A DNA stretch of 64,000 nucleotides from Tubulanus polymorphus (taxonomy: Eukaryota > Animalia > Nemertea), in contig NC_134025.1 in the NCBI RefSeq assembly GCF_964204645.1, forward strand, positions 24,904,299 to 24,968,298, given 5' to 3'. The position numbers and the translations under genes are program-made. The notes under the pieces were generated by a model. The model was not told the DNA's origin and did no database searches. It saw nothing but the letters and a program-made list of their open reading frames with translations. Shown in pieces: positions 1 through 12,841 of this stretch (positions within the stretch are counted from its first letter, which is position 1; each line of letters opens with the position of its first letter).

Positions 1-1115
1 AAAAGGCACAATTTTCCAAAACAATACCGATTACGCGTTTTATCGCTGACCTCATTATTCACTTCCGGTAGCAGAAGTCACAAGATTTCGAATCTCTGAA
101 ATTTAGAGCAAGTTTTATGGTTTTATCGAAGCTTTTTATGCGTATTTTATCGTTTTAACCGAACTGATTCGATTTGAGACACACGTTCAACGAATCGAAA
201 AACGTAGAACAACCTCAGAATTGATCGAGGAAGCTGAAAATACAGCAAATATCATCATCGCGCGGCCGAACGTTTGAAGTTTCTTCACCAGAACCGACGC
301 CATCTATCCACCGTATTGCGAATTAATTATGTTTTGTTTATGTCAAGTTTGACACATGTTGATGACTTGTTTTGGCCAATCATACACACGACGCACAGGT
401 TATGGTAAGTAACAATGCTTATATTTGGGTCTGGGCCTGATAAGTTGTCATGACTTCAATTGAAAAAACCTCTATCCAACATTCAAAATTAACTCATTTG
501 TGTTTCTGGTTGTACTTGCTGCATCCATATATATGCGCAACAGTAGCTGGTCTGTGTCGCACAGAATACGGCTAGGAATCCCTCAGTATATGGTTGGCTG
601 ACTGTTGTCGCTGTGAGGTGATTCCAATCAACTGTTTAGATCTTTCTGACTTGTTCTGCAAGCAACGCAGCGAAAAAGATTGCTGTGAACTTGTGAAGTT
701 TGAACTTTGATTTGCTGTGTACCGACTGAAATATGAACAGCGATTCTGAAATTTGTCATTTGTTATTTATTTGAATTCATGGAACGCAACTGATTTGTAG
801 AATTATGTCGCTTAGGAAAATCGAGGATAAATTTGATATTAAGAATGATTGTACTGTTAAATATAGCCCTCTTCTGAAATGGAAAGAGGTAGGCACCTAA
901 ACAAGGATGAATGAGGAAATTGACAACATGTCTATATTGAAATTCTAGAATAATCAGAAATTCAATGATCATTAAGCTTCATGATTTCTTGCGAAGAGAT
1001 TGGGCATTCGAATATTTTTAAAGTCAAAGTCTCAATTCTCGTGTTTAGTTTTAGTTGAAATCTTCTTTGAATCTTTTAGTTGTTGTTCTTTCATTTTGAT
1101 GTTGGATATTCAATA

Positions 1116-1293
1116 CAGTTGACCCTCAATTATCCGGCACTCTTGGTGGTACCCATATGGATAATTGAAGGTGGCAGATAACTGAGTCATTTTAGTTGTC
1201 TATGAACTAAGTTTATGTAATCGGGAAATTAAATTTTGGGTGAAAACATTGGCAGATAACGAATGAATGACGGATAAATTGGGCGTTCACCTA
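1116..1293. mobile_element. Degenerate Tc1/mariner/pogo-type MITE
   Basis: Starts TA|CAGTTGACCCTCAATTATCCG and ends in an imperfect inverted copy CGGATAAATTGGGCGTTCACC. Confidence 0.45.
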
Positions 1294-1373
1294 GCTCACT
1301 AAATTTCAACCGTTTGTTTAGTGATCTTTGTTATAACAATGTTTAGGATTCGTTGTTGAATCGTTTATCTCAG

Positions 1374-4300
1374 ATGGGTTACACCGATGATACTATGGCT
1401 GAAGACGACGCTTTCGATGAAAATGCGCAACTGAATTTTGCGACCAGTACTCCTCTGAAGAAAGGCTTTCGGCGGTACAGCGAACCTGCAATACCAACGA
1501 ATCGCCGATCAAGTGAGAGTGACCCTTTATTAGCCCCTGCTGATGATTACGAACCTAAAGGTGGACCACCAGATAGGTCAGTCAGAGCATTTTTTCTTCA
1601 AAAACTTTGGCATCTCCTATTTAATTTGGTTTCTCTACCATTTGTGTCCATTTGAAAATACTATTTCATGAGTTTTTCAGATTTCACTTGGTGTATATAC
1701 TATTCTATGTACTAGGCATTGGTACGTTGTTACCATGGAATTTTTTTAGCACTGCCAAAGGAGTAAGTATATATATCGATGAAATATTTTAGATTCTTCA
1801 TTTATATTCTTCATGTGATCATTTTATATTTCATTCAAAAATTTTATTCATCTTTTTCAGTATTTCCTTTATAAACTCAGGAACACTAGTATTCCAGTAG
1901 CAAATGCTACAAATCCAGACATGCTCAACAATCTTCAAATATCGTTTGAAAGTTATCTAGCCATCGCTGCTATGGTACCAAATATTTTATTCCTGTTTCT
2001 CAATACTGCGTTAACCAAAAGGTACATATTCCTAGGATTTGGAGTTTTTGGTATTTTGATACACCTTGAAGCATTAATCTAAGCTGTGCTAAGTTAGAAT
2101 AAATTGATGGTCTTCAATTGGAAAGTGTCGATGTAGAACAAGAAAAATAGATTATTGTTAGTTGCAATGATTAGTAACATTGAATATCATTGATGATTTC
2201 TAATTACTCTTTGATCATTCTACTAATAGATCTCCATGTCTTCATATAACATTACTAACTATTATATGAAATTTCTTGATTGTTTTGAATTTTAGGATAA
2301 GGTTGAAAGTTCGAATGGTTACGTCAATAGTGATTATGATTATCATGTTTGGTTTTACAATCGTCCTCGTCAAGATAGATACTGATCAATGTAAGAGTAG
2401 ATATATCATTCGATTAACACTCGAGTGATAATTAAGTAGATTTTTAAGTGTTATCTATTTGATATGTAGAAAACCCGCAATAGTAACGAAAAAATAATAT
2501 GAATTTCATAAATGTTTCCTTGAGCTAGTAGTTGTTCGATGTTTTGACTACCAACATGGATATAGTGTTTTTATCTATGGTTATTGTTATCTATTTAATG
2601 ATGCTATTCTTTTTTTTCAGGGCAAGAGACTTTCTTAGGTGTAACTCTAGGCACAGTTGTTATTCTAAATGGTATGTACCAGTACATGAGAAGTGGTTCA
2701 CAGCTTTGAGATATATGTTACTGCTAACTTGCGGATTAAATTGGACTTTATATTTCTCTATAGAATATGTGTGACCCTAATCTGTTAATCATTATATCAA
2801 AATTGTGGCTTCGCTGTTACGTGTAGTGACTACTAAATTATATCAATTGTGTTAAATGTCATATCCCAATACAATGTACGTATTCTGTCCTTTGATAACT
2901 CCAATTTCATCAGTATGGTAAAAATAATATTACCAGATCTGGATTCTCTACCCTGTATTCTAAGCAAAAAAATGTACTTGAAGAGTTTCCTATCAGATGC
3001 ACCTTATATTGATAATTTTTCGGTGGGAAATTTGAAAAAATAAAACGTCTTATTTTGTTTTTAGCAAATGGTGCTATTATGCAGGGATGCTTATTTGGTC
3101 TCGCAAGTATGTTTCCAAGGAGATATCTGCAAAGTGTTATGGGTGGTCAGGTATTCTATCTACGATTCTTGCCATCATATAGAAGTTCAGTACAAAATGT
3201 ACAAACAAAATATCAATTAATTTAGCTAGGTTAATTTGATAATGTACTGTTTTCATTATGTTTGCTAGCAAAGTAAACCACAGATTGCCGATGTAGGTTA
3301 ATTCTGTAAATTGTAATTGATCTCTCGACTGAAATAGTGCTATCAAATGTTAACTACAGGCTTTGGGAGGATCATTGGCAGCTTTGGCGAATATAGCTGC
3401 AATTAGTGCTGGTAATGATGACTATATTGATAGCGCATTCGGATATTTTTTGACGGCCACAGTGATACTTATCATATGTTTGATGTCCTACCTTGCTTTG
3501 GGAGTCTCGGTGAGTATTTGACAATCACAAAGGATTTAGTCAAATTTTACATTTAAATTTTAAAAAGCAAATTGATATGTATATGTCATTTCTTTTGATC
3601 AGATTCTTATAAATTTTTCAGCATTTTGCGAAGTTCCACGCAGAAAAGTGCCGTAAGGATCTTATCTCTTAATCAATAATCAACACAAGTTAATACGACT
3701 TTCCTACTCTCCTTCACTTCAATATTAGTGTCAGGCCATTCAATAATGTCTTTATCATTGAACTCAGACATTCAAGTGACCTCATATCACCTGATGGGTC
3801 AAATGTTTATACATTGTATATAGAATCAAGAACATAGTTCTTTTGGGTCAATTATATTCAGCACGTGAACAGTAGCTTCATGTTTAGGGTGTCTTGTTAT
3901 GCATTTGCTATGTTTTCATTTATATTTCAGGGTGTTACCGATGTATTAATCTTAGTTTTGACTCTTTAACTATAAACGACGGAGACCCGAGCCCTTGGGT
4001 TAAGAAAGACCCGTCTCCGTTTCATGTAATCTTTAAAAAGGTACGAACCCTTCCTGCATACACATGCATGGCACTGAACTTTTTTTCTTTTCTCTACATG
4101 ATTAATTTAGTTGCACATCACGAGTCCCTCGACAAAAATGCAGCCGTTATTGATTTGGGCAGCAATGAGGCTTCTGTTCCATTGATACTGAATAGAAAGA
4201 TAAATTATTTTATGGTTTGGCGTCGGGTAGGTGTTAATCTAAAACACAACCGCTTCGACCTAACCCGGCTCTTGATTTATTAACAGTATAGAGAGTTCCT

Positions 4301-6168
4301 CTACCCACACATACTCTGATTTAATGTAACCCTTTTATTACTGCCAGTTCTTTGAGAGGGAGTTCGTTTCGAAGTTAGCAAGTTAATATGATAAGTACCA
4401 GTACTGGTATATTGGAGAGAATAAAAGAATATTGACATTGATTGATGATATCAAAGCCCACGTTGATGAAGGATAGGCATTTCGTAATGAATTGGTTAAC
4501 CATTCTTAATTGATTTTTTGCTGTGTATCCTGCAGGATGCTAAGATTGAAAATCATTCTTTTTGCTTGTAATCAATTTTAAATTCTATGTATGAATACTA
4601 TTTCATGGGTAATCATTGAAACCTTCAAAATTCAATGACATTTTACAATTTAATTATGAGAAATTGTTTATCATCTATTTTCAGATATGGTTCTATGCAG
4701 TGAGCGTATGCATAATATTTTCAGTCACTTTAGGTTTATTCCCAGGAGTTCTGTCGGCTATAGTTTCTGAAAACTATGGCAAATCTAAGTGGGCTAGTAA
4801 GTACCGCATCTTCTAATATACTGCTCCTGATACTTATTCATTTGATAAATGAAATCATTATGGTGTAAGTAATGTTATTCTGTCTGTGTCTTTCAGCTCT
4901 ATATTTTACCCCAGTAATCTGTTTCTTCCTGTTCAATACTGGTGATTTAATTGGGCGTACATTAGCAGCATGGCTACATGTTGTAAGTGGACCATTACGG
5001 CAATTTTGAAAAATTCAATTTCTGAAAATGATAAGTTTAGCCTGGTGTTACCTCGAACTCTTGACCAGTTTGTTTTACGTACATTATTGTTACTTTCTAT
5101 TTCAGTTCCGTAAAGGACCCGGAATTCCACTCATTACGTTTATGCGTCTCGGTTTCATTCCGTTGCTTTTATTCTGTAACGTACAACCTCGGATACACGG
5201 TTTACCAGTATTCTTCTCTAATGATGCCTACCCAATAGTATTCATTGCATTGTTTGCAGTCAGTAATGGATTCATCGGTACTTTATGTATGATGTTTGCT
5301 CCTGGGTAAGTAATACATCCGCTGAATAATGAATAAACTTGTGAATCTATTTTAATGTTATGTTCTTCGTACTTCTTTCTGTGATGCACTTCTGAATTAG
5401 AAGATATACAGAAATAGAATTGATTTTAAAAAATCCAGTTTTTTTACTAGATTTAGTATTACATATTTTTTTATTAGTGGTCATCACCCTATATTTATGT
5501 ATTTCTATCTCATCAATAGATTATCCTGTTTTAAAATCTGGTTTTAACTAAATCTCGAATTGCTCTTATCGATGCATGAAATGCACTGCCTAGCTGTCTC
5601 ATCTTGGTCTTGCATTCACTAAATGTTTTTATCTTTGCATGTAACCCTCTAAAAATCCCTCATCATCAGTTTATTCTGTTCTGTGTTGTCTTATATGTGA
5701 GTCATGCACTTCATACTTCCTGTCTTCTGCACGCTTTTCTTTCCGGACTACTAAAACTACTGTCACACAACTTTTCTGGTAACGGATTGCAAACTTATTG
5801 AACTCATTGTTGATTGATCAATTAAACATAGTCCATGTTTGAAACTATTTTTCCAATTTTGTGAGCAGATTCATGTGTAGTAATAGTTGTGTTTTGGTGT
5901 GATATTTACAGCCATGTTCACCCAGACGATGCAGAAACAGCAGGCTCGATGATGTCATTCTTCCTATCAGTTGGACTTGCGCTTGGTTCTGTTATATCGG
6001 TAGGCCTGGTAAAACTTGTATGATTCGCTGATTACGCGATCGAATCTTTTTTGTAGCCGGGTACATCCTGACGATGCGGAAACTGCTGGCTCAATGATGT
6101 CATTCTTTTTGTCACTCGGTCTGGCATTTGGAGCTGTGATATCTATGGGACTCATCAAAATGCTATGA
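1374..6168 (+). CDS. Equilibrative nucleoside transporter (SLC29A/ENT1-3-like), multi-exon, two alternative last exons
   Basis: Spliced exons translate to ENT motifs: PPDRFHLVYILFYVLGIGTLLPWNFF, GCLFGLASMFP..Y.QSVMGGQALGG, FSVTLGLFPG, FLFNTGDLIGR, RLGFIPLLLFCN, SNGFIGTLCMMFAP, ETAGSMMSFFLS. An upstream ATG|GTAAGT at 402-410 may supply an extra first codon. Last exon is 5912-6023 or 6057-6168. Confidence 0.93.
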
Positions 6169-7287
6169 ATATTAGCAAAAATTCATAGTCTTGATTTTTG
6201 ATATTAGGAATCTAGTTTTTAGCCCACTTGGGACTTAAGTTCCTACGGGCTATTGCGCTAATTAAGTAATTACATGTCAGGGTCAGTACTTAATTCTTAC
6301 ATGGCTGGTTTTCTTGCAATGATATAACTCACATGCAAGTTACGTTAAAGGCTAAATGATTTTAAGGATTATTGAAAAATTTAGGATTTTTTACATACTG
6401 TTTTTTCATTTCTATGCATACTAGTGCATATACCAGTTAATATTTTATACAGCGATTGTATTCTGAGAGACAGTTTTAATCATAAATCATTTTATTTTTG
6501 GTCTTAAAGAGGAAGGTTTTACATCATGTATATTTACCATCGTTTTACTGTAAAGTATTCGTGGATATATTGATATTTCAAGATAAAGCATGTACAGTGG
6601 ATGTAGATATATGTGCGTATTTATAACAAACTCTGGGGTGTAGATAGTTATAGTAGTTGCTATTTGAAAAGCGCCATAAACCTGTGATATTGTAAATGTA
6701 AAATAGTTTTTAATTATTAATATAGAGTTTATTTAGTTGGATTGTACATATTTTGAGAATGGCGAACTGGTGTATTAAAGAATAGAAATTAATGTAATCG
6801 TCTTTTGTAAGGCCAGTCCTGTTAAACCAACTGGGTACCAACCGCCTGTAAATCTGTAAAAATATGTTTAACCCTGGGTTTATGGGTGAAATTAGGCCTT
6901 GCATTAATTCAGAGTCATATTGGCATTCTTCATGAATTAACCTGTCTATATTTTGTTATCTATAAAGCTTGATTAATCAAAAGTGCAATATATGAATATT
7001 ATCCTAGTTTATTTTTAACTGGTATAATGGTATAATAAGAAAGTTGAGTGATTTTCTTTTATTGACAAGCTTTTTATGACTGAATTATTGAAATGAATAT
7101 ACAATGGTAAAAGACAAATTGTTTTATTAAGAAAATCATTGGTGTATGTATTCACGGTGCCATAATAAACTATTGAAGAAATATTGCAAATGTATGTGAT
7201 TTAGTTTGAAATTTGTGCCATTTTATCCTCTTAATGGACTAGGATTACTGATGGAGATTTTCTCTAGAGTCATCAACCTTCAAGATA

Positions 7288-7435
7288 CAGTAAAACCTGC
7301 TTAATCCGGATCGGCTTAATCTGGATTTTGGTCTAATTCGAATATTATTTGCAGTCCGTTTGTTCATTAATATACAAGAACATGACTTTTGAATTTTGTT
7401 GGTCCCAAATGATTCGAATTAAGCAGCTTCTACTG
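7288..7435. mobile_element. TA-flanked MITE (family A)
   Basis: TA|CAGTAAAACCTGCTTAATCCGGATC ... GATTCGAATTAAGCAGCTTCTACTG|TA; related copies at ~31136 and ~63736. Confidence 0.7.
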
Positions 7436-8051
7436 TACCGAAATTAGGTCTTATGATGTCATAGTTGTAATCTAACCGTATTTGTCATACTTCCTTTGAT
7501 AAGATCATTCTTATGATGCCTTATCTCGGCTTTGCCATGAACTCCGGAAATCCTCATAAGTAAAAAGAATTCATAACCATTTTCATGCATTGTACAATTA
7601 ACTTGAATTTATTGGAGATTAAAAAATAATCATCAAAGATCTACTGTCCCCATCATTTATTATTTCTGATGGAGTTTCAGTTGGACACTTGCACTTACAA
7701 ATTATCACAGTAAATATACAGAGAGATAAATGATGCGATATGGGGTGTATTTTCATTTTCCTAATCAAGGTACATGTATATCAATAAAATATTTAAGTTA
7801 AAAATTTACAAGTCGGTAAATCATTAATAACAGACAAAAAAATTGAACATAATAAAATAACCTTTTACTGACAATCTATTTCTATTTACTGCTTCTATAG
7901 CGCAGTAAATACTTTGGACCCAAGAATTGTTTGGTCGCAGTACATTCACAAAAGCAACCATCACTAAATCCAGCTTCAGAAGCTATAAATACAGCTTCTC
8001 CTGTTTGTGTTTCAAGTTCATAATCTCAGTTTGGTTCAGCATTATTGTTTG

Positions 8052-11000
8052 CTAAGCTACCGGTTCCGATTCTTGTTGTGTTGGAATATCTGGTATTATA
8101 GGCTTCTTGATGGAGCCGACTTCATCCACTTGAGCTTGAGTCAGAAACGTTTGATCCCCTTGATCACCACCACTAAATCAAATATGGAGAAAATGCCAAA
8201 GGAATATTCATAATTCTAATAGTTTGAAAATATACCACATTTCTGTGCTCTATTGCTTAAACAGGGGAAAAAATCTTTTATAAATGGTCTTAGAAGATAA
8301 TATTAGTTATTTCAAAATTAGGAACCCACAGTCATTAAGATAACAACAGAAATTCTAAAAATATCAGTTCAACCTAAATAACATTATTTCAAACTCACTC
8401 AAGAATAAATAATTTTTATTAAGATTGAAAAAGCTAACCATACCTTTCACTTTTGTCTTTGATGCTAAGAATAGTATTTTCTGGTTCGATGTTGGGTTTG
8501 GCTTGAATAGGAGGAAGAGCGCTGCTGTTCTTATCTCGTGCACCGTTCATCTTCGCGAACAAATAACGCAAAACACGCTCTTTCTGTTCCCACGTCAAAT
8601 CACTGATATCCACTTTGTTTGATAAGTCAACCCTGCATACATTAAATTATATATTGATGAGCAAAATCAATGATGCTACAGTGAAGTCCTTACTTGCTCA
8701 ACTCAGTAATTTTTTTTTCAACAAAATTAAGAACTGACAAATACCATGAAAGCAAAAACTTCAAAATCCATGAAAAATGAAAGATTGAAAAGAACGATAA
8801 AACTGATCAAAAGTAATCTGAATGTTTGAACTACTACTATCTACCTTAGTTTCTTCCTGAATAGATGATATCAAGGAATATAATTAAGCTTATTATTGTT
8901 GTTTAAGAAATGATAATAAAAACAGCTACCTATGTATAGTTTATACTCACAATCGTTCTGCAGCCTCGAGATCTCTGAATACACTATTTGTGCTGGTGTC
9001 TGACTTATTAAACGTTCGGATTTTCGGGAATTCGCCAAGACCTGCATGTGCAGCAAGCATTTTCTCTTGGTAAGCCGCCTGTGCAGCCTTACGATACTGA
9101 GCTCTACAACAATCACAATATCATCATATGAAAAAAGTCAGTAATAATGTATACTTAAATGGGGCAGGTTGGATGATTTTAGATGATGTAACCAATGATT
9201 ACATATTCAGTGGTATATTGCAAGGTGTACATTGTTAACCATTAAACTGCATGCACTTAAATGGGGTACCAGGATATCAACTATACATATACTGATCAAA
9301 ATACTACTACTACTGTTGGTCTTAGGTCAGGGTATGGGATACTAATATGCAGTAATGACCAGTAGGGTACGTAAAATTTGAATAGCCCAATCAGGAAGGT
9401 GGAAACAACCATTAATCTGACAACACTAACATTTCAGTACATCGAATTCTACTGAAATAGAAATACACAACAGTCAGTATACATATTCTTACCCCCTGAT
9501 TTTGGCACTGTTTAAGAAAAAACAAGCAGACAATAGCAGACGTTAGAGGTGTGATAAAAATTACAGGACATTAGTTTGTGAGACCAAAAGCAAAGCGTAC
9601 TTCACAGCAAGAGAAAATTTCCACTGTAGTGAATGACAAGATAAATGTATTTAAAAAGTTGTTATATGAAGAAAAATGTAGTGAGACAAAATGAAAAAAA
9701 TTACTGGTGTAGCATTGGGCACAGATGACTTACTGGTTCGCTGCGATTTCAAGTTTGACTTGTTGGAGAGACTCAAGGAAAAACCGTTCCATTTCTGTTC
9801 TTTGATCTAAAATATTCCGTGCTAAACGTTTGACTTTATTCATTTCTTTATTTTTCAGTTCAACCATGCGTTGAAGTTTCGCCAGTTCCTTGTGCGTTGA
9901 TTCCGTTTCAACTCTGCCTCGATGCACGATGGTCATTTTTTCATCCTCAAATTCGTGAACGGCATGACTGAGCGCTTTTTCGAGCGTTTCCACTTTTTCT
10001 TCGAGCTAGAATATTGTAAATAGAGAAAGGGTTTTGAGATGAACTGCCTCCTTAAAATCCCCTTAAACATCCCTTAGTCTCACCATTAAGATTCATACAA
10101 CAGCTTTTAAATTCACTCATAATGATCATAGGGTTGGTTCCTACCTGACGGATTTTTTCTTTCTGGTTTTTGCCTTCACGAATCTTTTCATGCATCATCA
10201 TTTCATTTAGTTCCTTGTATTCGCTGAGTTCCGTGTTTTCTTCTTCAAGACGTTTTTTAATGGTCTTCAGTTCATCTCCTTCTTTCATATGATATTCAAG
10301 GGCTGCTGTTATACGTACATTTTCCTTATAGACCGATCGAGTCGTTTCATCCAAATTTCTATGAAAAGCAATAGAAAAATTTTTGGTTTTGCCATAAGAA
10401 TAGAGCTACACTAGCAATACCCCTTGGCTGATGAAAATCTTTATACTTTAGATCTGATGAAATAAGAGAGTGCATTTCCATCATGCCATAAAGCCACAAA
10501 TTAAGTGAAACACTGTATTTTGACCATGGAATATCACAGACATCTTGCATCTAATGCAAATATTCAACCAAAATTGATAATGATTGTTAACTAGTGTTGA
10601 AATAAATGTTGGGGATGTTTACCCTATAGCTTCTGTATGCGCCTTTTCAGCCAATTCAGCAATCTTTTGATTTGCCTCCTGCTGTAATCTCATCTATATT
10701 AGAAAATCAAAATAACTTCAGACCATGTATTTCAAGCCTTGATGTAAATAACTATTTCAAAATGTGCCTGCTAAGTAGTGGATATATACATACCTTCTCT
10801 TCAAAGAATTTCTGCTCCATTTTAGTCATTTCTGTTTTGTGATCACGATTTGCTAAAAACATTCCTTCTTTGATCTAAAGTTTATGATTTGAAATCAAAC
10901 AACAATTTGAAATCATCAGACACAGATATCATTTTACAATGAACTTACCTCGTCCAAGTCCTTCTGCATTGCTGCTCGTTTCCTGCGAAATTCTTTCACA

Positions 11001-12555
11001 AGTTTCAACTCACTTTGCATCAGCGACACTTCATCATTCTTTTGTTTAAGCTGAGTTTCCAAATCATTAATTTGTGTACTTAACTCATTTATCTGAGAGA
11101 GAATGAATCAAACAAACAATGAATGAAGTACATAAAAAAAAGCCTTTGATTTACATGTATCGGTAAACTGGTACTCACAATATCTTGCTTTTCCTTTTTC
11201 GTTTGACGTCTCAAATCTTTCATTTGTTGTTGCAATTGTTCAATCTGAAATTGATACATAAGTACATACATAAAAACAGCAAAAAGTATCTAAAAGTATC
11301 TATCAGGCCTATCCCGATGATTAATAACCTGGTCATCTTTTTCCTGGTCTTTGCGACGAAGGAATGTAACGACGTCGATAGTGTCTTTTTCCGTCTGCTG
11401 AACTTGTGTATGTAGGGTTTCATTTTCAAGGAGCAGACGTCGAGAATTATCCCTGAAAAACAAATTTTATTGATTATTGATTTAAGAGATAGTGAATTTG
11501 ATCAAGAATAAGTGGGATTTTCAGTACCGGTACTTACTTGTATTCAAGACGGGACTGTTCCAATAAGTTCAATCTAGTTTCCCATAGTTTCGAATTAGCA
11601 TTCGCAATCGCTATCTTGCTATCTCCCTTCTTTGCCTTGTCTCCCTTCTTCCCCTTCTTTCCTCCCTTCCTATAAAAGTCGAACAGATTAAACAGATTTT
11701 TCTAAATGCGAGGGATCTTGATAAGATTTTAGAAATAATTCTTTGGTAATCGAACATCTGTCATATGAAAATGTAATCATTATGGATTTATGGAGGAACA
11801 TCGATAATTAAGTACATGCTAAATACGAAACTAATTGACATTCACTATTTAGGTCTAACATAAAGTAAAAGCTTAGAGTATTTGGTTGGTGGAATAATTC
11901 ATCTGAAACCTAAATAAAAGACTTGCTTCACAAACGTATGTCACACTGCATTTCTGTGATAACATTGTGAAACGTGAAACATTGAGTATATATCTATTTG
12001 TTCAAACCATGCATTTGATTTGGGTATGTTCACCACATCAGGGAGGTGGGGAAAAAGTTAGGACAGAGAGCAACCCGGTCTGAGTACATTCAAAATGGGT
12101 CATCCTTATTACCGAGATGACGTCTTTTACCGAGATGAACCGAGACGAACCGAGATGAAATGAAATATAGCATATTTATTTATTCCTTATCGATTTTAAC
12201 ACTTGAAATCATGTTATATCAGTAATAAATACCTTCTAGAGTCATATTTTACATATTTTTTTTAATAAGGATGACCGTTCAAAATGTGCCAGTTTCTTTA
12301 AGTACTTACGACATCCCTGAGAAAGAAACGTCAGAGCCATAACTTTCGTTATCGCTACTGACAGTCGATGAAGATCTAGTTAAGATGAATAGATCGTCAG
12401 TTAAGTAAAAAAGAGAGCACAAACATAGCTAGGCCTGCTAATTATAATGTTAATGTTACCTCTAACTAATAAAAAGAAATTTGATTGGATTTTTTTTCAA
12501 CTTACCCCTTCTTTCCACCCTTCTTCCCCTTTCCCTTCTTGCCCTTTTTAGGCAT
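8052..12555 (-). CDS. BBOF1: Basal body orientation factor 1 (CCDC176), multi-exon
   Basis: Starts MPKKGKKGKGKKGGKK; exons give IANANSKLWETRL, long coiled coil, LDETTRSVYKENVRI, KVKRLARNILDQRTEMERFFLESLQQVK, DISDLTWEQKERVLRYLFAKMNG, DQTFLTQ; stop TAG at 8054-8052. Confidence 0.9.
12098..12276. repeat. Inverted-repeat element containing ACCGAGAYGA units
   Basis: Perfect 13-bp inverted repeat GGTCATCCTTATT / AATAAGGATGACC enclosing four ACCGAGA(T/C)GA copies; lies in BBOF1 intron 1. Confidence 0.55.
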
Positions 12556-12686
12556 TTTTAACAAGCGACTGTTTTGTTACATTAGATCAATTAATCGTAC
12601 GAAGAATGCTGACTTCGTTCAGCAATCGATGAAATTAATAAAATAACACGTAAACTCGGAAACTAAATTTGACAGCTGATCGCCAT

Positions 12687-12701
12687 GTTTACCATGGAAA
12701 C
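12687..12701. promoter_or_regulatory. RFX X-box-like motif with forkhead-type sites in the BBOF1/SETD3 bidirectional promoter
   Basis: GTTTACCATGGAAAC resembles the X-box GTTRCCATGGNAAC; TGTTTAC overlaps it and GTAAACA follows at 12703-12709; about 130 bp upstream of a motile-cilia gene. Confidence 0.6.
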
Positions 12702-12841
12702 AGTAAACAGTCTACACTAATATGCGGAATTGGACTTAAAACGTAAACTGACCAGGCTAGGCGGTGCTTTCGTCGATTATGGCAAATAGAAGTATTAAGT
12801 TTCACGGTATTTAAATTGGGCTGTTGCTTTTTTTGAAAGAT

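Noticed and set aside
12111-12160. ACCGAGAYGA repeats as a CRISPR-like array
   Set aside because: Units are 10 nt with essentially no spacers, in a eukaryotic intron inside an inverted-repeat element.
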